Origin: an uncultured Rhodospirillaceae bacterium | Lineage (GTDB): Bacteria > Pseudomonadota > Alphaproteobacteria > UBA8366 > GCA-2717185 | Assembly (NCBI GenBank): GCA_964386465.1 | Contig: CAYLTU010000002.1 | Coordinates: 1 to 55,061, forward strand | DNA length: 55,061 nt | Direction of reading: 5' to 3' | Shown: piece by piece, positions 45,139 through 52,425 of the stretch | How positions within the stretch are numbered: the stretch's first letter is position 1 | Layout: every line of letters starts with the position of its first letter | Notes under the pieces: model-generated | The model's database searches: none | Told to the model about the DNA's origin: nothing | Seen by the model: only the letters and a program-made list of their open reading frames with translations | Position numbers and translations under genes: made by a program

Positions 45139-45497
45139 CGATCAAGCGGGGACCGGAAAGCTATCCCGGCCGGACACGGACCGTTCAACATAACGGTGTC
45201 ATTCACATTGTCGTGTCCGCGCCGGACAAGACCGGCACGATGGCCGGGCAGACGAAACAATGTCTCGATTGGCTCGATTCGTTTCTGGCCGAGGCCGGCA
45301 CCGACAAATCGAAAATTATCAAGGCGACGGTCTATCTGGCCGACATGGCCCGAAAATCGGAAATGAACGATGTCTGGGTCGCCTGGGCCGACCGCGACAA
45401 TCCAAATGCCAGAGTATGCGTTGGCACTACCTTCGAACCGCGAAATCCGCCGGAACAGCTGCTTGTCGAAATGGATGTCTGCGCTGCGGTCGATTAG
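45135..45497 (+). CDS. RidA/YjgF/RutC-family reactive-intermediate deaminase-like protein
   Basis: The GTG at 45135 overlaps the upstream TGA (GTGA). The block GQTKQCLDWLDSFLAEAGTDKSKIIKATVYLADMARKSEMNDVW fits the RidA family pattern. Confidence 0.8.
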   Translation: MTIKRGPESYPGRTRTVQHNGVIHIVVSAPDKTGTMAGQTKQCLDWLDSFLAEAGTDKSKIIKATVYLADMARKSEMNDVWVAWADRDNPNARVCVGTTFEPRNPPEQLLVEMDVCAAVD

Positions 45498-45588
45498 AAC
45501 GTAAGGTACGGATTCCAGGGAAGAATCCTAGATACCAACACCGATATTCCGGATTGCCAAATTCGCGAACAGTTTTTAGAATCGGCGT

Positions 45589-45837
45589 ATGGCGATAGAC
45601 GATCCCGGCATTCCGTCAAACGCACCCGGTGGGGTCGGCGTTCCCGTCTCTCAACCCCCGCCGCCGCGGGAGGATGCGCCGGCGCTGGTCGAGAAACCGA
45701 GGCGGCAAGCCCGAGCGCCCTTCGATCCGTTCGATCTCGACGCGGCATTGACCCGTCTGGCCGAGTTGCTGGCTTTCGACGCGGATTCGCCGCGGCGGAA
45801 CGTTCCACGTGGATTCTATCTCGATATTCTCGTCTAA
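45589..45837 (+). CDS. Hypothetical Pro-rich small protein (82 aa)
   Basis: Open frame only, with no family recognised. Ends ...PRGFYLDILV. An imperfect hairpin lies just downstream (45843-45861). Confidence 0.3.
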   Translation: MAIDDPGIPSNAPGGVGVPVSQPPPPREDAPALVEKPRRQARAPFDPFDLDAALTRLAELLAFDADSPRRNVPRGFYLDILV

Positions 45838-45966
45838 AAATTGGATTCGACGCCTCGAATTCTGCCGCCGTTAAACTCTGATTAAAGCTTTTTTTTTAAT
45901 TTCGCCTGGGATGCGATCGCGCATTGGCAACCTGGCCCATGCTCGGGTCTAGAATTTTGGAGCGCG

Positions 45967-46350
45967 GTGAGAGTAGTCGAGGAACGAGTCGCGACGATGG
46001 AGTCAAACCAAAGAACAACCGTCGAATTCGAGCAGAAGTTCTTCACGGCCGTGGAAGGGTCGTACTTCTGCAAGTCGAAGCATACGAGCGAACCGGTCTT
46101 CGTCATGAATTTGGGCGGCGAAGAGGTCCTGTTGCCGTTGCCCGGAATCCGGCGCGAGTTCCAAATCGACGAAGAGTCGGCCGACGAAGAGATGCTGGAT
46201 CTCGTCTCCAGCGGCCTCGATTACGTGAAAGTGTTGATGCCCGGTGACGATCTGCCACCGGAACTGCTTACCGGCGAAGCGTCTTGGGAGATTTCCGAGC
46301 AGCATCGTACGATTGCGCGACAGCGAATCAGTATGCAGCTTGTGTCCTAG
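45967..46350 (+). CDS. Hypothetical protein (127 aa; GTG start with SD GGAG 6 nt upstream; alternative ATG at 45997)
   Basis: GC-rich third positions in this frame. The product is acidic and plausibly globular. It ends at the TAG at 46348-46350, immediately followed in frame by the next ORF. Confidence 0.55.
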   Translation: MRVVEERVATMESNQRTTVEFEQKFFTAVEGSYFCKSKHTSEPVFVMNLGGEEVLLPLPGIRREFQIDEESADEEMLDLVSSGLDYVKVLMPGDDLPPELLTGEASWEISEQHRTIARQRISMQLVS

Positions 46351-46974
46351 ATGTCCGGTGACGAAAATCTGATCACCGATCCCGAGCAACTCATCCAGAT
46401 CGCCGACGATCCCGGCGTGAAGGAAAAAATCAATCAGGCGTTCAACGAGGCCGCTAAGGAAATCGACGCCGACGACGCCAGCATGGTCCTCGACTTGATC
46501 GAGGAATTGGCCGAGGAACTCGCCTACATCGAAACGCTCCGCGATCAGTTCCGCAGCGTGCTGCAGATGCAGGAGAAGATCTGGAAGCTTCGGAAGGTGG
46601 CCGCGAAGAACCGCAGCATCCTCGATACCACGACGTCGGTCGGGAAACTTCTCGCCATCGCCGTTCAGGAATTCGGCGAGGAATTCGATATGGCGGACGG
46701 GCAGACCGGCGAGATCATTTCCGTGTTGAAGAATATCGGGACGCAGAAGGATTACATCCGCAGTGTCCGCAATTCCGTCTATCGGCGTCTCGTCGCGTGG
46801 GACCATCTGCTGCGCGGCTGGGAACGGGAGCCGGGACGCCTGACCGAGACCGCGCCTGACCTGCTGCGCGAGACCTATCGTTTCCTGGCGCCGCGCTACA
46901 TGCAGATGGACGACTGGCTGCTCGCCAGCCAGGTACAAGGCAACCAGGAAGATATGGCCGAACAGGTCTGGTAA
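46351..46974 (+). CDS. Hypothetical helical protein (207 aa)
   Basis: The ATG is the codon directly after the upstream TAG. There is a strong GC3 bias in this frame. No own SD is visible. The antisense 311-aa ORF has shadow-like composition. Confidence 0.6.
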   Translation: MSGDENLITDPEQLIQIADDPGVKEKINQAFNEAAKEIDADDASMVLDLIEELAEELAYIETLRDQFRSVLQMQEKIWKLRKVAAKNRSILDTTTSVGKLLAIAVQEFGEEFDMADGQTGEIISVLKNIGTQKDYIRSVRNSVYRRLVAWDHLLRGWEREPGRLTETAPDLLRETYRFLAPRYMQMDDWLLASQVQGNQEDMAEQVW

Positions 46975-46978
46975 CCGG

Positions 46979-47905
46979 TCAAACGTCCATCCCCATCAGG
47001 TCGCGCGCATAGTCCGTCGCGTCGAACGGCCGCAGGTCTTCCGCGCCTTCCCCGACCCCGATCGCATGCACCGGAAGGCCGAATTTTTCCGCCAACGCTA
47101 CGATCACGCCGCCCTTCGCGGAGCCGTCGAGTTTGGTCACGACCAGCCCGCTGACCGCCACCATGTCGCGGAATATCTCGACCTGACTGTGCGCGTTCTG
47201 GCCGACCGTCGCGTCCAGCACCAGCACGCAATCATGCGGCGCGCCTTCGTCGAGTTTCTTCAGCACGCGGCTGATCTTCTCCAACCCGGCCATCAGGTCG
47301 GCCTTGTTCTGCAGCCGCCCGGCGGTATCGATCAGCAACAGGTCGGCGCCCTTCTCGCGGGCCGCCTGCAGCGCGTCGAAGGCGAGGCCCGCCGCGTCGC
47401 CGCCCGGCTTGCCGGCGATCACCGGACAACCGGCCCGTTCGCCCCAGATCTTCAACTGTTCGACCGCGGCGGCGCGGAACGTGTCGCCCGCCGCCAGCAT
47501 CACGTCGAGGCCTTGCGCCCGGTAGTGCTGCGCCAGCTTGCCGATTGTCGTCGTTTTACCGCTGCCGTTGACGCCAACGACCAGAACGACATGCGGCTTT
47601 CGCGACGGTTCGATGTCGAGCGGCGTCGCGACCGGTTCGAGGATCTTTCCGATGTCATCCGCCAGCGCGCCGCGCACTTCCTCGTCGCTCACTTCCTTGT
47701 CGAAGCGGGTCGCGGCAAGGCTTGCGGTCAACTTCGCGGCGGTCGACGGCCCCAGGTCGGCGGTGATCAGCACTTCTTCGAGCTCTTCCAGCGCTTCGTC
47801 GTCGAGCTTGCGCTTGTTGAAAACCCCGGCGATGCCGTCGGTCAGTTTCGTCGTCGATTTCGACAGGCCCGATTTCAGGCGGTCGAGCCAACTGGTTTTG
47901 TTCAT
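46979..47905 (-). CDS. ftsY: Signal-recognition-particle receptor FtsY
   Basis: Start MNKTSWLDRLKSGLSKS at 47905. SRP GTPase motifs: GVNGSGKTTTIGKLA, DTAGRL, TKLDGSAKGG. Confidence 0.95.
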   Translation of the reverse strand: MNKTSWLDRLKSGLSKSTTKLTDGIAGVFNKRKLDDEALEELEEVLITADLGPSTAAKLTASLAATRFDKEVSDEEVRGALADDIGKILEPVATPLDIEPSRKPHVVLVVGVNGSGKTTTIGKLAQHYRAQGLDVMLAAGDTFRAAAVEQLKIWGERAGCPVIAGKPGGDAAGLAFDALQAAREKGADLLLIDTAGRLQNKADLMAGLEKISRVLKKLDEGAPHDCVLVLDATVGQNAHSQVEIFRDMVAVSGLVVTKLDGSAKGGVIVALAEKFGLPVHAIGVGEGAEDLRPFDATDYARDLMGMDV

Positions 47906-49140
47906 GCGGCGCACCGCCCCGTGAGCGCGTCGCCGTCGCGTCCGATGATGCTCATGGTCGCGATGGACCCGTCCGGCAGCGGCTGCTCGGCACGGATGGG
48001 TGCGTAGTGTTCCGTGCGGCCAACGCCGTCGGACTCGACCAGCACGGTAGCCTTGTTGCCGATTTGGCGGTCGAGAAATCGGTGCGAGGCTTGTACGCCC
48101 GCCTGTCGCAACCGCGCCGCGCGTTCCCGACGGACCGGACCGGGTACCTGCGGCATGCGCGCGGCGGGCGTGCCGGGCCTTTCCGAATAGGGGAAGACGT
48201 GCAGCCAGGTCAGGCCGCATTCCGCGATCAAATCGAGAGAGCGCTGGAACATCGCTTCCGTCTCGGTCGGAAAGCCGGCGATCAGGTCGGCGCCGAACGC
48301 GACGTCCGGGCGCAATGCGCGGATGCGGCCGCAAATGGCAATGGCGTCGGCGCGGCTGTGCCGCCGCTTCATGCGCTTTAGGATCAAATCGTCACCCGCC
48401 TGCAGCGACAGGTGGAAATGGGGCATCAGGCGCGGTTCGTTTTCGATCAGCTGCAACAGATCGTCGTCGATCTCGATGCAGTCGATCGAAGAGATGCGCA
48501 GACGTGGCAACTCCTGTACTTGGGCCAGCAAACGCCGCACCATCTGTCCTAGCGACGGCTGTCCCGGTAGGTCCGAGCCAAACGATGTGATATCGACGCC
48601 GGTCAGCACGATTTCCGAGTAGCCGTTCTCGACCAGGTTGCGGACCTGATCGGTGATTTCCCCAATTGGCGCCGATCGGCTGTTGCCGCGGCCAAAGGGG
48701 ATGATGCAGAAGGTGCAGCGATGGTCGCAGCCCTGCTGGACCTGAACGAACGCGCGGGCGCGGCCTTCGAAACCTTCGACCAGATGGCCTGCCGTCTCGC
48801 GCACCGCCATGATGTCGCCGACCAGGACGCGCGCGTCGGAGCGATAGGCGGCCTCGGTCAGTTTTTCGGCGTTGCCGATCACGCGGTCCACTTCGGGCAT
48901 GGCGGCGAACGCGTCGGCATTTACCTGCGCCGCGCAGCCGGTGACGATGATCGCCTTGTCCGGGTTCGCGCGCCGCGCCTTGCGGATCGCCTGCCGCGCC
49001 TGGCGTTCGGCTTCCCGCGTCACGGCGCAGGTATTGAAGATGATCGCGTCTTTCAGACCAGCCGCGCGGTCGCGCATCACTTCCGACTCGAAGGCGTTGA
49101 GCCGGCAACCGAAGGTGATGATTTTCGGGTCGCCGCTCAT
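47902..49140 (-). CDS. mtaB: tRNA (t6A37) methylthiotransferase MtaB (MiaB-like radical SAM)
   Basis: Start MSGDPKIITFGCRLNAFE at 49140. Radical-SAM cluster motif QQGCDHRCTFCIIP. C-terminal TRAM-like region. Its stop overlaps the ftsY start (ATGA). Confidence 0.9.
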   Translation of the reverse strand: MSGDPKIITFGCRLNAFESEVMRDRAAGLKDAIIFNTCAVTREAERQARQAIRKARRANPDKAIIVTGCAAQVNADAFAAMPEVDRVIGNAEKLTEAAYRSDARVLVGDIMAVRETAGHLVEGFEGRARAFVQVQQGCDHRCTFCIIPFGRGNSRSAPIGEITDQVRNLVENGYSEIVLTGVDITSFGSDLPGQPSLGQMVRRLLAQVQELPRLRISSIDCIEIDDDLLQLIENEPRLMPHFHLSLQAGDDLILKRMKRRHSRADAIAICGRIRALRPDVAFGADLIAGFPTETEAMFQRSLDLIAECGLTWLHVFPYSERPGTPAARMPQVPGPVRRERAARLRQAGVQASHRFLDRQIGNKATVLVESDGVGRTEHYAPIRAEQPLPDGSIATMSIIGRDGDALTGRCAA

Positions 49141-49967
49141 GCCGCGCCGCTCGTCTCGTCCAGGGTGCCGGTAAAGGAGAGGGCGACGGGGCCGCTCATC
49201 ACGACATGGTTGTCGGCCCGCCAGTCGATGAACAGCGAACCGCCATCGAGCAGGACTTCGACCTGGCGCTGCGTCAGATCGCGGCGTGCGGCGGCCACGG
49301 CTACCGCACAGGCGCCGGAGCCGCATGCCTGCGTGACGCCGGCGCCCCGTTCCCAAACCCGCATGCGGATGCGGTTGCGGTCGAGGATGCTCACGAATTC
49401 GACGTTGGTGCGTTCCGGGAACAGCGGATCGGTCTCGACCGCCGGGCCGTATTGCGCCGGATCGACCGCGTCGGCGTCGTCGACGAAGAAAATGCAGTGT
49501 GGATTCCCGATTCCGACCGCGACCGGGTCCGAGAAAGGACCTGTGGAGAGATCGAGATGCAGCGTATCCATGTCGCGGGCAAGCGGGATGTCGCGCCAAT
49601 CGAGCTGCACACCGCCCATATCGACGGCGACGAGACCGCGTTCGTCGACATGCGCCGGCAATAGCCCGGCGACGGTTTCGACGGCTATTTTGTCCGTGTC
49701 CGCTTCCTGCATCAGCCGGGAGACGATACAGCGCGTCGCGTTGCCGCAGGCCTGCGCCTCGCTGCCGTCCGAATTGAAGAAGCGCAGGAATCCCGCCGCA
49801 CGGCCGTTGCGCGGCGGTTCGATCAGGACGAGCTGGTCGCAACCGACGCCGCGGCGGCGGTCGGCGATCAGCCGGATCTGATCCTCGTGCAGCGCATAGG
49901 GCTCGACCCTTGCGTCGATGACGACGCAGTCGTTGCCGATGCCATGCATTTTCGTGAACGGTATCAT
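49137..49967 (-). CDS. dapF: Diaminopimelate epimerase
   Basis: N-terminus MIPFTKMHGIGNDCVVID. Catalytic Cys contexts NSDGSEAQACGNATRC and VTQACGSGACA. Its stop overlaps the mtaB start (ATGA). Confidence 0.95.
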   Translation of the reverse strand: MIPFTKMHGIGNDCVVIDARVEPYALHEDQIRLIADRRRGVGCDQLVLIEPPRNGRAAGFLRFFNSDGSEAQACGNATRCIVSRLMQEADTDKIAVETVAGLLPAHVDERGLVAVDMGGVQLDWRDIPLARDMDTLHLDLSTGPFSDPVAVGIGNPHCIFFVDDADAVDPAQYGPAVETDPLFPERTNVEFVSILDRNRIRMRVWERGAGVTQACGSGACAVAVAAARRDLTQRQVEVLLDGGSLFIDWRADNHVVMSGPVALSFTGTLDETSGAA

Positions 49968-50040
49968 CGCGATTCACCCGCTTTCGCGGCGTTATATGGC
50001 GATCCCGGGCGGACTGTCCAATGGATTTGCGGCAGCGGCC

Positions 50041-51012
50041 CTACAGCCCTAGCAGCGTTTCCGCGTTGCCGTGCAGGATCTTGGCCTTGTCGTCCTTGTT
50101 CAGCATCAGGCCTTCCATCCATTTCGGGCCGGGCTCCTGCGGCACGAAGGGGTAGTCGACGGCGAACAGGATGCGGTCGACACCCATTTCCTGGATGCAG
50201 CACAGCAGCGCCGGATCGGAGAAGAAGCCGCTCGTCGTGATGTAGAAATGCTTCGTGAACAGGTCGCGGAACGGCACGCCCGCGGCGCCTCGGCGGTTCA
50301 GCGCCATGTCGATACGCCATAGCAGGAACGGCAAGGTTTCGCCGAGATGGCCGAGGATGATCTTCGTGCCCGGGTATTTCTCCAGCACGCCGGACAGGAC
50401 GATACGGATGCCGGCCGTCGCCGTCTCCATCGTGAAGCCCCAGCCCGCCGTCAGGAACCCCGGATGCTCCTTGGCGTAGTCCTTGAAATAGGCGTTCATC
50501 ACGTCGGGATGCGGGATCGCCGGATGGATGTAGAGCGGCACGTCCAGCGCTTGCGCCCGCTCGTAGATCGGCCAGAAACGCCTGTCGTCGAAGAACAGCC
50601 GGTCCGGTCCGGTCAGCCCGTGGATCATCGCGCCCTTGAAGCCGAGCTTGTCGACCGACCGCTCCAGCTCGTCCGCGGCGGCGGCGGGGTCCGTCGTCGG
50701 CAGCATGGCAAAGCCGGCGAAGCGGTCGGGATGCGCGCTGCAGATGTCGCGCAGCCGGTCGTTCGCCGCCATGGAAACGCGAACCGCCGTTTCGGCGTCG
50801 AGCCGCTGCGGCCCCGGCGGCGCGTGCGACAGGACCTGCACATCGATTCCGGCCGCGTCCATCGAAGCGATCCGTCCTTCACCGACATCGTCCAGCTCGG
50901 TCCGCAGCATGCGCGCGGCGTTGCCGTCGATCCCCTCGAACAAAGGCGCGACCTCGGGATCGAGATAGTGTTCTTCGATGGCGATGACGCGCTGATCGTC
51001 GAGTATGGTCAT
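50041..51012 (-). CDS. Amidohydrolase_2 (ACMSD-like metal-dependent hydrolase/decarboxylase) family protein
   Basis: Start at the ATG at 51012 (MTILDDQRVIAIEEHY...). Blocks: IDVQVLSH, YIHP, GHLGE and FAVDYPF. Confidence 0.85.
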   Translation of the reverse strand: MTILDDQRVIAIEEHYLDPEVAPLFEGIDGNAARMLRTELDDVGEGRIASMDAAGIDVQVLSHAPPGPQRLDAETAVRVSMAANDRLRDICSAHPDRFAGFAMLPTTDPAAAADELERSVDKLGFKGAMIHGLTGPDRLFFDDRRFWPIYERAQALDVPLYIHPAIPHPDVMNAYFKDYAKEHPGFLTAGWGFTMETATAGIRIVLSGVLEKYPGTKIILGHLGETLPFLLWRIDMALNRRGAAGVPFRDLFTKHFYITTSGFFSDPALLCCIQEMGVDRILFAVDYPFVPQEPGPKWMEGLMLNKDDKAKILHGNAETLLGL

Positions 51013-51091
51013 TCTGATTGTCCGTTCTGGCATTCGACGGTTTGGACGATACACTACCGATCTGAATTTCCTATCCGCCAGGCCGAGGATC

Positions 51092-51949
51092 ATGAAGTTT
51101 CCCGCCTTCGACTACGCATCACCGACGAGCCTTTCCGAGGCGGTCGCACTGCTGGCCGCGCGGGGTGATGACGCGATGGTGCTGGCCGGTGGGCAGAGCC
51201 TGATGCCGATTTTGGCTTTCCGGATGGCGTCGCCGGGTTTGCTTGTCGATCTGAAGAACCTGCCGGGCCTCGACGGGATAGACCTCGACGACAAGGGCGT
51301 ACGGCTTGGCGCGCGTGTCCGATGGTGCGATATCGAAAGACATGAAGGCCTCGCAACGGCCCATCCTTTGTTGGTCGAGGCAACACGCCACATAGCCCAT
51401 TATCAGATCCGCAACCGCGGTACCGTCGGCGGCAGCCTCGCGCTCGCCGATCCGGCCGCCGAGATGCCGGGAATCGCCGTAGCGTGCGACGCGGAATTGG
51501 TTGTCTTCGGTCCGGGCGGCGAACGAATTGTACAGGCGGCGGACTTCTTTCACGGTCCAATGACAACGGACCTTTCACCGGACGAAATCCTGACTGCGGT
51601 GCGGCTGCCGAAATGGCCTGCGGAGCGGCGCTGGGCATTCCGGGAATTCGCCCGGCGGCGCGGCGATTTCGCACTGGCCGGGATCGCGCTGCATTACGAC
51701 GTATACGACCGCGGGCGGGCGGTGGGCACGCATATCGGCGTCATCGGCGCTTCGGACCGCCCGCACCGTCTGCCGGCCGCCGAGGCGGCGATCGACGGTA
51801 CGGAGGTGGATGCCGGCGCCATCGCCGATGCGGCCGAAGCCGCGGCTGCGGAAGTTTCGCCGATGGCGGACCATCATGCGCCGGCGGACTACCGCCGCGC
51901 CCTCGTCGCGACACTGGTTGAGCGCGCGCTTCTGGCGGCGGCGTCATGA
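51092..51949 (+). CDS. Xanthine dehydrogenase-family FAD-binding (medium, CoxM/CutM-like) subunit
   Basis: Start at the ATG at 51092. Blocks: FDYASPTSLSEAVALL, LAGGQSLMPIL, IRNRGTVGGSLA. Confidence 0.88.
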   Translation: MKFPAFDYASPTSLSEAVALLAARGDDAMVLAGGQSLMPILAFRMASPGLLVDLKNLPGLDGIDLDDKGVRLGARVRWCDIERHEGLATAHPLLVEATRHIAHYQIRNRGTVGGSLALADPAAEMPGIAVACDAELVVFGPGGERIVQAADFFHGPMTTDLSPDEILTAVRLPKWPAERRWAFREFARRRGDFALAGIALHYDVYDRGRAVGTHIGVIGASDRPHRLPAAEAAIDGTEVDAGAIADAAEAAAAEVSPMADHHAPADYRRALVATLVERALLAAAS

Positions 51950-52425
51950 AGGTAGCGTTCGAAGTCAACGCCGAAGCCGTCGAGGTCGAGGTCGAGCCGC
52001 GTCTCAGCCTCGCGGATTGTCTGCGCGATGTGCTCGGTCTGACCGGCACCCATCTCGGCTGCGAACACGGCGTTTGCGGGGCGTGCACGGTGATCGTCGA
52101 CGGCGAGGCGGTGCGGTCCTGCCTGGCGCTGGCGGTGCAGGCCGACGGCCGGAAGACCTTAACCGTGGAAGGGCTGAGCGACGACGAAGGGTTAAGCCCG
52201 TTGCAGGCGGCGTTCCGCAAGAACCACGCACTGCAATGCGGTTTCTGCACGCCGGGCATGATCACTACCGCACACGCGTTGCTCTCCGAAGAGCCCGGCG
52301 CCGACGCCGACCGGGTGCGCGAGGTGCTGTCGGGCAACATCTGCCGCTGCACAGGTTATGTGCCGATCGTCGAGGCGGTGCTGGAGGCGCGGGCCGCGTA
52401 CACGGACGGGGAGGACGGGTCGTGA
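51946..52425 (+). CDS. (2Fe-2S)-binding small subunit (CoxS/CutS-like)
   Basis: Cluster motifs: GCEHGVCGACTV, SC, QCGFCTPGM, CRCTGY. The start overlaps the upstream stop. Confidence 0.92.
   Translation: MKVAFEVNAEAVEVEVEPRLSLADCLRDVLGLTGTHLGCEHGVCGACTVIVDGEAVRSCLALAVQADGRKTLTVEGLSDDEGLSPLQAAFRKNHALQCGFCTPGMITTAHALLSEEPGADADRVREVLSGNICRCTGYVPIVEAVLEARAAYTDGEDGS

Noticed and set aside
46348-46350. In-frame TAG as a pyrrolysine codon.
   Set aside because: No pyl genes and no methylamine methyltransferase genes are in the window, and the taxonomic context (alphaproteobacterium-like) does not fit. The following codon is ATG, which fits ordinary termination-reinitiation or a nonsense mutation.
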